Assembly (NCBI GenBank): GCA_031285625.1
Contig: JAITVV010000095.1
Location: forward strand, 64,001-128,000
Direction: 5' to 3'
Length of the DNA stretch: 64,000 nt
Origin: Prevotella sp.
Lineage (GTDB): Bacteria > Bacteroidota > Bacteroidia > Bacteroidales > Dysgonomonadaceae
Of this stretch, positions 20,058 through 30,247 are shown one piece after another. The translations under genes were made by a program, and so were the position numbers. The notes beneath the pieces are model-generated. The model had not been told where the DNA came from. It did no database searches and saw nothing but the letters and a program-made list of their open reading frames with translations. Within the stretch, counting starts at the first letter, position 1. Each line of letters opens with the position of its first letter.

Positions 20058-20483
20058 ATGAAAAAAGTTATAGTATTTATTGTATGTAGTATAGCCTTTT
20101 CTTTGAATTGCTTCTCTCAAAGCTATACAGCTGACGATCTGAAAAATGCAGCAAAGGCACTTACTAATAATGATGAATGGTATATTGATCAGATAAAAGA
20201 TGCTGATCTGAGAAATGCCACAAAGGCCCAGCTAAAGAATGATGAATGGTATATTGACCAGATAAAAGATAGTGACCTAAAGAATGCGACAAAAGCTAAG
20301 GTTAAAAAAGATGAATGGTATATCGACCAAATTAAAGATGAAGACCTGAAAAATTCAACAAAGGCAGAAGTAAAAGAGGACGAGTGGTATATTGATCAAA
20401 TTAGAAGTGATCAAATCAAAAATTCGACAAAAGCCAAAGTCAAAAATGATAAATGGTACATTGACCAAATAAAAGATGAGTAA
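20058..20483 (+). CDS. Secreted protein with five tandem 23-aa WYIDQI repeats
   Basis: Signal peptide ending FS|Q; residues 27-141 are 5 x DLKNATKA.VK.DEWYIDQIKD. Confidence 0.85.
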   Translation: MKKVIVFIVCSIAFSLNCFSQSYTADDLKNAAKALTNNDEWYIDQIKDADLRNATKAQLKNDEWYIDQIKDSDLKNATKAKVKKDEWYIDQIKDEDLKNSTKAEVKEDEWYIDQIRSDQIKNSTKAKVKNDKWYIDQIKDE

Positions 20484-20491
20484 TTAAACTG

Positions 20492-20522
20492 AAAGCCTGT
20501 CCAGGAGATTCGGACAGGCTTT
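20492..20522. terminator. Bidirectional terminator
   Basis: AAAGCCTGTCC...GGACAGGCTTT between convergent genes. Confidence 0.85.
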
Positions 20523-20527
20523 ATTAT

Positions 20528-21253
20528 TTATAACAAACTCGCCGCATCACTATCTAAAAACCAGTACAAATATCCTTTCTTAGGATTTACTTTTGCAGCC
20601 GGATATTTATTGAGGAATTGATCTCTGTTTTTTATAACATCTCTCACCTTTTCAGCCTTATTTTTTCCTGTAGCCAGAAATACGACATACTGAGCATTGT
20701 TGACCACCTGCCCGCTAAGACTTATGCGCTTCATCTTACTTTCAGGATGCTCGCCAATAACACAAAACTCCTTGCTATCCCACAGAGATATCTGATCAGG
20801 AAAAATAGACACTGTATGTCCATCATCTCCTAAGCCCAACATAATAATCTCGAAACATGGGGTGTTGCGTCGCTGCATAACGCGTGTTTCCAGTATTTTA
20901 CTGTACCACTCGGCTTCTTCTTCAGGCTCGTTCTCTCCATGTATGCGATAAATGTTATTATTGGGTATATTAGGAACCTTGTCAAACAAATGGTCCTTAG
21001 TCATACCAAAGTTATTCATCACATTTTCGGGTGGCACACACCGTTCGTCACCCCAAAAGAAAAACAGGCGGCTCCAGTCTATAGTGTCTTTACAGTTTTC
21101 GGCCCAATAGTCAAATATAACTTTAGGCGTAGTCCCTCCTGAAAGAGCAATATTAACACGCGGATATACATCCATCAACTTCTTTAAGAATGCGGTAAAT
21201 CCCTCACTAAGGGCTGATGCATCCTGATAAATTTCAATTTCTTCTTTTATCAT
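20528..21253 (-). CDS. pgl: 6-phosphogluconolactonase
   Basis: ALSGGTTP, WGDERCVP, GLGDDGHT; overlaps the end of zwf. Confidence 0.95.
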   Translation of the reverse strand: MIKEEIEIYQDASALSEGFTAFLKKLMDVYPRVNIALSGGTTPKVIFDYWAENCKDTIDWSRLFFFWGDERCVPPENVMNNFGMTKDHLFDKVPNIPNNNIYRIHGENEPEEEAEWYSKILETRVMQRRNTPCFEIIMLGLGDDGHTVSIFPDQISLWDSKEFCVIGEHPESKMKRISLSGQVVNNAQYVVFLATGKNKAEKVRDVIKNRDQFLNKYPAAKVNPKKGYLYWFLDSDAASLL

Positions 21254-22785
21254 AATTCACAATATATGCCATCATCGGATAGATTCTTACAAGGATATCG
21301 CCATGTAAGGTTTTTCTCTTCAATCAAATCATCTGCACAGTTGGGTCCCCACGAGCCTGCCGGATAGCCATGCAAAGGAGCATCAGGATTCTTTTCCCAG
21401 AAATCGATCAACGGTTGAACAAATTTCCAGGTAGCCTCTAAAGCGTCACCACGTATATACAACGTGGAATCACCGATCATACAGTCAAGTAAAAGACGCT
21501 CATAAGCTTCAGGTAAATAAGTATCCTGTAATTGTGAGTAATGGAAATCCATGTTCACATTCTTCACCTGGTAACCACTGCCGGGAACTTTCATTTTCGT
21601 TTTCAGCAAAATACCTTCATCCGGCTGAATACGAATTACCAACTGGTTATCGTCATTTCTCAAATCCGTACTTTCGGGAAATAATTTTTGCGGAGCAGGT
21701 TTGAAATGTATTACCACCTCTGATACCCTTGTTGGCAAGCGTTTCCCTGTTCTCACATAAAACGGAACATCTCCCCACCGCCAGTTATCGATAAAAAGTT
21801 TCATGGCAACATATGTTTCTGTACGGGAATCAGGATTTACATCCTTTTCCTCCCGGTAGCCTTTCGCATATTTACCTTTTATATTGGCTGCTGTGTATTG
21901 TCCACGAATAACATTCTTAAACAGATCGTCGTCAGACATAGGACGTAATGCCTGAAAAACTTTCAACTTCTCATTACGTATAGAAACCGAATCGATAGAC
22001 ATCGGAGGTTCCATAGCTACTAAAGCTACCAGCTGAAGCAAGTGATTCTGAACCATATCACGCAATGCTCCGGAATGGTCGTAATAACTGCCACGGTTTT
22101 CTACACCAATACTTTCGGCAGCGGTAATCTCTACATGATGTATGTAATTTCTGTTCCACAATGGCTCATAAATACCATTAGCAAAACGCGTTACCAGCAT
22201 ATTTTGCACAGTTTCCTTCCCTAAGTAATGGTCGATTCTATATATCTGATCTTCATCATAGTCTTCCTGAAGAGATGCATTCAGCTCAACAGCAGACTTA
22301 AGATCCGTACCAAAAGGCTTCTCTATAATAATCCGTCTGAAATTGCCATCTTCTTTATTTAATCCCTGTGCCGCCAAAAATTTAGGAACAAGAGGGTATA
22401 AAGAAGGGGGTGTAGACAGGTAGAATATATAGTTACCTGCTGTATTTTCCTCTTTGTCTAATTGTTGAAGACGATCTTTCAGTTTTGAATATTCCTTACT
22501 ATCATCTGTATTTATCGACAGGTAGTGAAGTTTCTGACAAAATAGATTCAGTTCTTCATCTGAAGCATCTTTGGCTGTTGCAAATTGCCTGATGCCATCT
22601 TTCATCTTATCGCGGAAGGTATCATCTGTAAACGGACTACGGGCAACCCCCAGCACCGCAAAATTCTTAGGAAGTGAATTTTGTTTGTGAAGGTCAAATA
22701 TAGCCGGAATCAGCTTCCTGTATGTTAAATCACCAGAGGCTCCGAAAATGATCAGAGCCTGGTCTTGCGTTGGTTTTGATTTCAT
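21250..22785 (-). CDS. zwf: Glucose-6-phosphate dehydrogenase
   Basis: GASGDL, EKPFG, RIDHYLGKE. Confidence 0.98.
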   Translation of the reverse strand: MKSKPTQDQALIIFGASGDLTYRKLIPAIFDLHKQNSLPKNFAVLGVARSPFTDDTFRDKMKDGIRQFATAKDASDEELNLFCQKLHYLSINTDDSKEYSKLKDRLQQLDKEENTAGNYIFYLSTPPSLYPLVPKFLAAQGLNKEDGNFRRIIIEKPFGTDLKSAVELNASLQEDYDEDQIYRIDHYLGKETVQNMLVTRFANGIYEPLWNRNYIHHVEITAAESIGVENRGSYYDHSGALRDMVQNHLLQLVALVAMEPPMSIDSVSIRNEKLKVFQALRPMSDDDLFKNVIRGQYTAANIKGKYAKGYREEKDVNPDSRTETYVAMKLFIDNWRWGDVPFYVRTGKRLPTRVSEVVIHFKPAPQKLFPESTDLRNDDNQLVIRIQPDEGILLKTKMKVPGSGYQVKNVNMDFHYSQLQDTYLPEAYERLLLDCMIGDSTLYIRGDALEATWKFVQPLIDFWEKNPDAPLHGYPAGSWGPNCADDLIEEKNLTWRYPCKNLSDDGIYCEL

Positions 22786-22848
22786 ATTTTATAGTTAGTT
22801 ACTTATATCTGTGGATATTCCACAACAGTTATTCATAACCGATATCAA

Positions 22849-23745
22849 TCAATCTTTCTTTATCTCGTGCCCCCCAAACTGATTACGCATGGCAGCCAGC
22901 AGTTTCATCGCATATGAAGATTCCTGTCTCGATTCGAAGCGTGTAAAGAGTGAAGCTGTGATAACATGTGCGGGAACATCAAAGTCCATAGCTGTCTGTA
23001 CAGTCCAACGACCTTCGCCACTATCTGCGACATAGTCTTTAATTCCATCCAGATTTTCATTTCCTTCCAATGCATTCCCTATAAGTTCTAGTAACCATGA
23101 ACGAACTACTGAACCTTGCATCCAAATTTTCGATACCTTTTCAAGGTCTACATTATAAGGAGAATTCTTCATTATTTCGAATCCTTCAGCATATGCCTGC
23201 ATCATGCCATACTCTATACCATTGTGAACCATTTTCACCATATGTCCGGCACCACTCTCACCACAACGCATATACCCGTTTTCAGGAGCAAGGCTCTTGA
23301 AGATAGGCTCCGCAAAGTCACAGGCTTCTTTGTCTCCGCCATACATCAGACAGTAACCATTCTGAAGCCCCCATACACCTCCACTGGTACCACAGTCAAG
23401 ATAATGCACTCCTTTTTCTTTTACTTTTTTACCACGTTCTACAGTTTCTCTCCAATAGCTGTTTCCTCCGTCTACAATTATATCATTCGGATTGAGTAAA
23501 GTCAGTAATTCCGCAATATTTTCCTCCACGGGCTTACCTGCAGGAACCATAAGCCATACAAGTTTACGACCTTCAAGTTTACTTACCAGATCTTTCAGGC
23601 TCGATGCTGCTATAGCACCTTTCGAAGCTGCTTCATCAACCTCTTTCTGGGTAAGATTATAAACTACAACTTCATGTCCGTGATTCAAAAGGCGCTCTAC
23701 CATTTTACCGCCCATCTTTCCCAATCCTACAAATCCAATTTTCAT
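22849..23745 (-). CDS. gnd: 6-phosphogluconate dehydrogenase, short (YqeC-like) form
   Basis: GLGKMG, DGGNS, SGGVWG, KMVHNGIEYG, DSGEGRW, RNQFGGH; about 298 aa. Confidence 0.93.
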   Translation of the reverse strand: MKIGFVGLGKMGGKMVERLLNHGHEVVVYNLTQKEVDEAASKGAIAASSLKDLVSKLEGRKLVWLMVPAGKPVEENIAELLTLLNPNDIIVDGGNSYWRETVERGKKVKEKGVHYLDCGTSGGVWGLQNGYCLMYGGDKEACDFAEPIFKSLAPENGYMRCGESGAGHMVKMVHNGIEYGMMQAYAEGFEIMKNSPYNVDLEKVSKIWMQGSVVRSWLLELIGNALEGNENLDGIKDYVADSGEGRWTVQTAMDFDVPAHVITASLFTRFESRQESSYAMKLLAAMRNQFGGHEIKKD

Positions 23746-23980
23746 ATTATAAGTTTTATTGTTTATGATTTTATTAATAAACAAGCTAGTGCTTGAAAAG
23801 TTAAATATTTAGACAATGCTAAGTTAACATTTTTATATTTAACATAATCTGAAAGTAATCATTAATATATTTATATTTACATATTAACATTGTATATCAA
23901 ATAGTTAAATCATCAATATATCACATCAATATATTCTATAAATATATATTTAATATTTAATATATCTATTAATAAATTCA

Positions 23981-24029
23981 AAAAAGTGGCAAAAGTAACA
24001 CATAATTGATGTTTTTTAATTGTTACTTT
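23981..24029. repeat. Degenerate copy of the GTAAC...GTTAC palindrome family
   Basis: AAAAAGTGGCAAAAGTAACA-N20-TGTTACTTT. Confidence 0.6.
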
Positions 24030-24107
24030 AGTTGTACTCAAGGAATATAGTTTTAATGAAAAATATTCGAGATCTCTATACAATAGATAAATAATTTATA
24101 AAATAAC

Positions 24108-24140
24108 AAATCCTGATTTAGATATACTAAATCAGGATTT
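24108..24140 (-). terminator. Terminator after the cystatin-like gene
   Basis: AAATCCTGATTTAG-ATATA-CTAAATCAGGATTT. Confidence 0.8.
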
Positions 24141-24162
24141 TGAATTTAAAGGTCAATTGATC

Positions 24163-24447
24163 TTAAATAATTTTCACTGTCTTAATCTCCATAAGTGACG
24201 GTGCTTCATTCACATGTGGCAATGGTTTATGAATAATCACCAATGAGTTGTAGCTAAGAGAATCTGGTCTGACAACTTTAGACTCACACAAAAAAGCATA
24301 ATTGGTTCCAGCTACTACCTGAGTCGCCACTGCCAATGGTAAATAATCGACTCCAACAATCGGATCAAGTATTTTCACGAAAAGTTCTTTTTCTTCCGAC
24401 GTGAACAATCTAAAGGCAGTAAAACCTCCACACATAACATTTTCCAT
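24163..24447 (-). CDS. Small cystatin/stefin-motif protein
   Basis: N-terminal GG and QVVAGTNY; own -7 element (TATGTTTG, 24601-24608) and terminator. Confidence 0.7.
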   Translation of the reverse strand: MENVMCGGFTAFRLFTSEEKELFVKILDPIVGVDYLPLAVATQVVAGTNYAFLCESKVVRPDSLSYNSLVIIHKPLPHVNEAPSLMEIKTVKII

Positions 24448-24628
24448 AATTATTATTATTTTAAGTTGAATAAATAGATTATAAAAAAACTAAAAGAGCA
24501 ATTTATAATCTTGAATTTTATATACTTAACTTGGTTTTTTACTTTAATAAATTCTCATTTACTTTCACTGTAGATTTTAACGATATGGGCATGGGTATAA
24601 CAAACATATATGTTTTTGACAAAAACAA

Positions 24629-24669
24629 TGTGGTACAAACTTTATTTTACAATAAAAGTTTACACCACA
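24629..24669. promoter_or_regulatory. Imperfect inverted repeat, possible operator
   Basis: TGTGGTACAAACTTTATT-TTAC-AATAAAAGTTTACACCACA just upstream of the cystatin-gene promoter. Confidence 0.4.
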
Positions 24670-24707
24670 CTATTTATACATATATGAATCAATCAATTAT
24701 ATATAAA

Positions 24708-25827
24708 TTAATTTCTCATTTTAAGATTTTCTTTCCGCCAATTTTTAGGAGATAAGCCAACCATTCCTCTAAATTTTTTCTGAAAATTACTACGATCTGT
24801 TATACCAACTATACATCCAACTTTAGAGATGGATAAATCGGGATATTTTATAAGGAGCTCTTTAGCTTCTTCAATCCTTAATTGTGTCCTCCAAACCCTA
24901 AACTCAATTTTCATACGATTGTGAAAGAAATAAGTAAGGAAATTCCGATCGGTTCCAAGACCTTTAGCTATGTCATCACGACTCACATCAGCATATTGAT
25001 ATTGTTTTTCTTCTACCCATTTATCAATAGCATATTGTAGTTTTTGCTCTTTTTCAGATAAAGGAAGAAGTTCTGCCTCACTAATATCAGATTCAAGGGT
25101 TATAGGCAAAGTAGCCTCACGAGCATAAACTGCAGATATGATATAGTGAAAGTCTAAAGGATAATTACTGTATTTTATTGCAAAAAAGATATAGAATATA
25201 ATAATTGCCGAAATAAAACAGCCGACATATTGTAATGGTAGATACGACATAAACAATGCCAGAACCCCAATACATAATGCCATATAAAAAGATACCTTTA
25301 CCCACCTGAGACGGTTATCTTCATCTTCATCATAATAATCATCGAGTTGTTTTAAATACTGTGCATACTTCTTTCTAAATAATAGAATATAGTATACCAT
25401 AAAAATAATTGTAAATTACAGAGGAAACATTGTGCAGCAGCACTAATAAAATAGCCAAAACAAAGGAGATTATTCCGAACTGATAAGAAACTCTTCTGAC
25501 CGAAACATAGGCAGGCTGTATCAACATCAATAATGCAAATGTGAATAACAATGCCTGATATGATGCAGAAACTAAAGTTAATGTTCGGATTAAATTCAAA
25601 TCGATGCTGTATATTGAAGATATAATTGTCTTATAACAATTAAAAATACCGACAATTAAATATGCCAATGCTAATGCACGACGGGCAATATTGTAGCGTT
25701 TCATATTCTCATCGCTGGGAATACGAATAGAAAACAACATTATACTAAATATAATTGTTGAAATAGATAATAGAAAACTCAGCAATAAATAAAATTCGAA
25801 TCGGGCATTTCTAATAATATAACACAA
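24708..25827 (-). pseudogene. Membrane-anchored AraC family regulator, frameshifted
   Basis: Two overlapping ORFs in different frames (25375-25827 TM part; 24708-25400 TM plus HTH with LRIEEAKELL, VGITDRSNF). Confidence 0.75.
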
Positions 25828-25919
25828 ATTAAAATGTTAATTTTTAACTATGCAAACATTTAATAGTATTAATTACAAATACGATTGGGATTATCTATTT
25901 ACAGCATATTATATATAAT

Positions 25920-25954
25920 AAAAGAGGCGGTTATTTAAAATAACCACCTCTTTT
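25920..25954 (-). terminator. Terminator after rplI
   Basis: AAAAGAGGCGGTTAT...ATAACCACCTCTTTT. Confidence 0.85.
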
Positions 25955-25973
25955 ATTATATATAATTTCAGAA

Positions 25974-26417
25974 TTACTCAGAAACTACTTCAAAAGGTAT
26001 TTCAACAGAAACTTCTTTATGAAGTTTTGCTATTGCTTTATAGCTTCCTACTTCTTTTACTGCATCTTTGATAAGGATCAGTTTTCTATCTACATTGTAA
26101 CCTAATTTCTCAAGAGCTTCAGCGACCTGAATATTAGTCACAGAACCGAAAATAGTTCCTGTAGAACTTGTTTTTGCGCCGATAGTAAGTGATACACCTT
26201 CCAACTTTGCAGCCATAGCCTGAGCATCTTGTTTGATTTTCTCAAGCTTATGAGCACGTTGTTTCATGTTTTCAGCTAATACTTTCTTTGCAGATTCTGT
26301 TGCGATAACAGCTTTACCTTGGGGAAGAAGGTAGTTACGTCCATAACCGTCTTTAACAGTTACGACTTCATCTTTATATCCTAAGTTAAGGATGTCTTCT
26401 TTTAATATAACTTGCAT
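25974..26417 (-). CDS. rplI: 50S ribosomal protein L9
   Basis: [18 protein letters not shown]. Confidence 0.98.
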   Translation of the reverse strand: MQVILKEDILNLGYKDEVVTVKDGYGRNYLLPQGKAVIATESAKKVLAENMKQRAHKLEKIKQDAQAMAAKLEGVSLTIGAKTSSTGTIFGSVTNIQVAEALEKLGYNVDRKLILIKDAVKEVGSYKAIAKLHKEVSVEIPFEVVSE

Positions 26418-26435
26418 TTCTTTCTCCTCCTTGTT

Positions 26436-26702
26436 TTATTTCATTAAGTCTGTTACGTAAGGAAGCAAAGCCAAATGGCGAGCTCTCTTTACAGCTTGTG
26501 CAACACGACGTTGGAATTTTAGTGATGTTCCTGTGATACGGCGAGGAAGTATTTTTCCTTGCTCGTTAAGGAATTTCTTTAAAAACTCAGGATCTTTGTA
26601 ATCAATATACTTAATACCGTTCTTTTTGAAACGGCAGTATTTCTTTTTCTTTACATCCACTGAAGGCGGAGTCAAATATCTGATTTCTGATTGCTGTGCC
26701 AT
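26436..26702 (-). CDS. rpsR: 30S ribosomal protein S18
   Basis: [26 protein letters not shown]. Confidence 0.98.
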   Translation of the reverse strand: MAQQSEIRYLTPPSVDVKKKKYCRFKKNGIKYIDYKDPEFLKKFLNEQGKILPRRITGTSLKFQRRVAQAVKRARHLALLPYVTDLMK

Positions 26703-26705
26703 AAA

Positions 26706-27062
26706 TTAATTCTCCTTTACTTCTTCTTTTTTAGATGATTTAAGATTTCTTCTCTTCAATGCATAAGCATGAGCAAATTTATCCTGACGGAAAGTCAAGA
26801 AACGGATCACACGCTCGTCGCGGCGGAATTGAATTTCTAGTTTAGCGATAACAGAAGGGTCAGCTTCGAACTCTAACATCGCATAAAAACCGGTAGATTT
26901 CTTCTGAATTGGGTATGCCAATTTGCGAAGTCCCCAGTTCTCTTCATTTGCTATTGTTGCCCCTTCATTGGTCAAAATAGCTTTGAATTTTTCTACCGCT
27001 TCCTTCATCTGCACATCAGACAAAACGGGAGTCAAAATGAAAACGGTTTCGTAATTGTTCAT
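26706..27062 (-). CDS. rpsF: 30S ribosomal protein S6
   Basis: [17 protein letters not shown]; TATCTTTG -7 element at 27111-27118. Confidence 0.98.
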   Translation of the reverse strand: MNNYETVFILTPVLSDVQMKEAVEKFKAILTNEGATIANEENWGLRKLAYPIQKKSTGFYAMLEFEADPSVIAKLEIQFRRDERVIRFLTFRQDKFAHAYALKRRNLKSSKKEEVKEN

Positions 27063-27224
27063 AAATTAATTAATTATAAATTAAACATATCATTTTTTAC
27101 AAATGAGCGGCAAAGATAAGGTTTTTTATTAAAATAACAAATGCTAAACCTTCAAAAAAGATTGTAGATACAAACTTCTTGTCTTATTTTTGTAATAGCA
27201 AAGTAATAAAAGAAGTATCTACAC

Positions 27225-27701
27225 ATGAAAAATGAAGAAGTATTAAATTTAAATCAAGATTTGGACCTAATATTCCCGATCATAAATGGAAAGGTGTCGA
27301 TGGCCATCAACCGGATGATGTATCGTAACTTCAGAAGAGAAGGACTGGATATCACTCCGGAACAGTGGACTGTACTGGCTTTCCTGTGGCGCGAGGACGG
27401 AGTTACCCAACAAACCTTATGCAACTCCACATTCAAAGATAAACCTAGTATGACACGCCTTCTGGACAACCTCGCCAAGCAGAATCTGGTATACAGAAAT
27501 GCCTCAACAAGTGACCGGCGTTCCAACCTTATTTATCTGACCGACGCAGGTAAGGCTATAAAAGAAAAGGCGAACAAGGCTGTATATGAAACGATGGATT
27601 CGGCTCTTGCCGGAATTGATGAGGAAGGACTAAAACAAGTCCGTACACTATTAGCTGCCGTATTTGGTAATATTAGCGAAGCTTTAAGCGAAAAGGCCTA
27701 A
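27225..27701 (+). CDS. MarR family regulator
   Basis: ITPEQW.VL, DKPSMTR, DRRSNLIYLT..G. Confidence 0.92.
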   Translation: MKNEEVLNLNQDLDLIFPIINGKVSMAINRMMYRNFRREGLDITPEQWTVLAFLWREDGVTQQTLCNSTFKDKPSMTRLLDNLAKQNLVYRNASTSDRRSNLIYLTDAGKAIKEKANKAVYETMDSALAGIDEEGLKQVRTLLAAVFGNISEALSEKA

Positions 27702-28726
27702 TAACCAATATGCAAATCCATATAGATGGGTAGATGATCGCTATATCCACCCAGATATCGAAATCCGGAATATGTTCTGAAAGGTTTTTGGCCGCCATAT
27801 TTTTCATTATCATTTTCTAATAAGAAATCAGAAGAATAAACGTAAGCAGATTTATTCTCGATGAACACTCTTCCGGACTTCACTAATAAATCACCACTGA
27901 CTACGAACTGATCCAGAAAATTCCATTTCCCCCTGTATTTATACGATCCGGCATTTTTCTCTTTCGTTTTGTGGTAAAACATATTATATAGGTTATGCGA
28001 CGAGATATCGGACTCTATATGCTGAGCCCTGAGAATCTCTGCCATACTTATATCATGCGGGTAGTCATTAAAGTCTCCCATAATGATAATATTAGCTTTC
28101 TTACGGATAAGAGAAACGCTATCGCATTTCTGTTTCAGTAGCTCTGCACATTTGATACGGTGAGGTCTTGTCTTTTTAATACCTTCATTACGCGATGGAA
28201 AATGACAAACAAATAAATCGAGAATCTTACCATTCACTAACCTGCCCGTTACATGCAGGATATCGCGGGTGGTCCGTATTGAATCGCCTAACAATGGCCT
28301 GTACGATTCTTTACTTAATATCTTAATCTGATCTCTCTGATACAGAAGGGCGACATTGGAACCGCGCCAATCTTCAGAGGTGGTTATAACATATTCATAT
28401 TTATGCCTTTGTAGTGCTGCTTTCTTTGTCAGATCGAAAAGTACTGAATCATTTTCCACCTCGCACAGCCCAACTAATGCCGGAGGATAACCTTCTCCTA
28501 CCGAAGATATTACTTTACTGATATTATTTAGCTTCTGCCAATATCTGTAATTTGTCCAGTGCAGCTTGCCATCTGGTGTAAGATCATCGTCATATGTATC
28601 GGGATTATCTTTCGTATCATACATATTTTCAACATTATAGAATACGACACGAAAATTTTCCTGTGCAGCCACAGGCAACAGTCCCCATAGAAGAGCAAAT
28701 AAGATGTATTTACTTAGTCCATTCAT
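27698..28726 (-). CDS. Secreted endonuclease/exonuclease/phosphatase family protein
   Basis: YNVEN, GLCEVEN, MGDFND, GGYSDHLP; signal peptide. Confidence 0.9.
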   Translation of the reverse strand: MNGLSKYILFALLWGLLPVAAQENFRVVFYNVENMYDTKDNPDTYDDDLTPDGKLHWTNYRYWQKLNNISKVISSVGEGYPPALVGLCEVENDSVLFDLTKKAALQRHKYEYVITTSEDWRGSNVALLYQRDQIKILSKESYRPLLGDSIRTTRDILHVTGRLVNGKILDLFVCHFPSRNEGIKKTRPHRIKCAELLKQKCDSVSLIRKKANIIIMGDFNDYPHDISMAEILRAQHIESDISSHNLYNMFYHKTKEKNAGSYKYRGKWNFLDQFVVSGDLLVKSGRVFIENKSAYVYSSDFLLENDNEKYGGQKPFRTYSGFRYLGGYSDHLPIYMDLHIGY

Positions 28727-30095
28727 AGCAACCCATGTCAGGGTTAGAATCTCCTAACCTGGAACGGCCTTTGAGATCAAAGGGCACCTGCTGAGAATAC
28801 GCTTTATCAGCTTTGCCTATTGCAGGCGAAGTCTCTTGCAGTTCAAAGCTGTAAGAGTAAATGCCTCCTGTATTGAGGTCGGCAAATAGCGGATCGGCAT
28901 TCCATATTATATCTACAAAATGATCGCTAACCAACTCGGGTGTCTTTATCAAACAGTTATGGAACAAATAATTAAATGCAACCGATCCTGTCCCACTCAG
29001 ATACAATTCATCCATAGCCGAACCATATATGATCGAGTTTATAAAATCACATTTTGTAAGGGCATATGAATTGCCCAATACCAGGCATTCCGCCTGACGT
29101 GAGGCCCAGCGATAATAGTTTGCCAATGTGCAATGTACAAAAGAGTATTCTCCCCCCGACAATGTAAGTGCGGCGCCTTTCGAATTAGCAAATAAACAAT
29201 TCTCAGCATTGATTTTGCAATTAACGGCCATTACACCATATTCGGAAGTATTCTGAACAATCGTATTTTTAAAAGTGGCTTTTACATTCTGTGTATCAGA
29301 AGCAGAAAAAGTCATACCCCGAATAGCATTCCTTACTATAGCATTCTCGAATACATTATCAAAGCTTTCGGGATGAAAGACAATACCTGTCCACTGTCCG
29401 GGAGCATTATCAAATGGAATATCACCCTCAATATTATCAAAGCGGCTTCCCCTGAAAACTACAGGTTCATCTACACTGCCTTGTGCAATCAAAGCGCCAT
29501 AAACATCTAGCCCTGCATTATTTCTCATAAAGAAGGTAGTACCCTTCTGCACATTCAGCTTCACCCCCTTATTTATGGTAAGTGTATTATATATAAGAAG
29601 TGGCTTATCTCCGGTAACTACAGAGTCTTTAGTAATCACCTTATCTTTCCATATATATACATCCTGCCCTACAGCTTCCAGTTGTATATACTGGGTATTA
29701 CCATTTACAGTAAAGCGTATAGAATCTCTTATCAATAGAGGATTCTTACTGTTAGTAGGATCTACTGTTACTTCCACAAAGCCATAAAGGCTATCCTTTT
29801 TCAGGATATCTACATTGCTGAGTTTTGTACCTTTCTCTCCGTCAATATTCATACGGAAGCCACTTTTTGCAGCATTCATCAATTCGATAGATTCTATGGT
29901 CAGGGAACTTTCATTCCTGTTATAAATCTTAAACTGCCTGGTAGCCGACCCGATAGTAGTAAATACCGTATCGAAACTGATAACATCGGCTGAGAATGTC
30001 AATGACAAATTCTTATCAGACGAAAAATCATCGCTATCCTGACATGCAGTGAATACCGAAATACAAAGAATAAACAAGTATATAATTTTCTTCAC
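28710..30095 (-). CDS. Lipoprotein with Ig-like domain and right-handed beta-helix
   Basis: Lipobox FTAC-QDSDD; FDTVFT, PGQW.GI, repeated N.II.N rungs, SPAIG...DL.G..R...PDMGCYE C-terminus. Confidence 0.8.
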   Translation of the reverse strand: MKKIIYLFILCISVFTACQDSDDFSSDKNLSLTFSADVISFDTVFTTIGSATRQFKIYNRNESSLTIESIELMNAAKSGFRMNIDGEKGTKLSNVDILKKDSLYGFVEVTVDPTNSKNPLLIRDSIRFTVNGNTQYIQLEAVGQDVYIWKDKVITKDSVVTGDKPLLIYNTLTINKGVKLNVQKGTTFFMRNNAGLDVYGALIAQGSVDEPVVFRGSRFDNIEGDIPFDNAPGQWTGIVFHPESFDNVFENAIVRNAIRGMTFSASDTQNVKATFKNTIVQNTSEYGVMAVNCKINAENCLFANSKGAALTLSGGEYSFVHCTLANYYRWASRQAECLVLGNSYALTKCDFINSIIYGSAMDELYLSGTGSVAFNYLFHNCLIKTPELVSDHFVDIIWNADPLFADLNTGGIYSYSFELQETSPAIGKADKAYSQQVPFDLKGRSRLGDSNPDMGCYEWTK

Positions 30096-30134
30096 AGTAA
30101 CATCCTTTTGTGATTAAGTAACTTCAATAAGATT

Positions 30135-30183
30135 AAAAAGTGACAAAAGTAACAGTATATCTTCTGTTTTTCTTGTTACTTTT
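30135..30183. repeat. GTAAC...GTTAC palindrome, copy 1
   Basis: AAAAAGTGACAAAAGTAACA...TGTTACTTTT. Confidence 0.8.
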
Positions 30184-30192
30184 CTGCTCTTG

Positions 30193-30247
30193 CTAAAAAG
30201 TAACAAAGGTAACAACTTTTTCATTGTCTTTATCTGTTACTTTTTAG
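30193..30247. repeat. GTAAC...GTTAC palindrome, copy 2 (contains the stop codon of the adjacent ORF)
   Basis: CTAAAAAGTAACAAAGGTAACA...TATCTGTTACTTTTTAG, 13-bp perfect outer stem. Confidence 0.85.

Noticed and set aside
20136-20480. 69-nt DNA periodicity as CRISPR or DGR template
   Set aside because: Fully explained by an in-frame protein repeat with synonymous variation; no reverse transcriptase nearby
23785-23980. Very AT-rich stretch as replication origin or att site
   Set aside because: No DnaA-box cluster or matching direct repeat found; consistent with a promoter region
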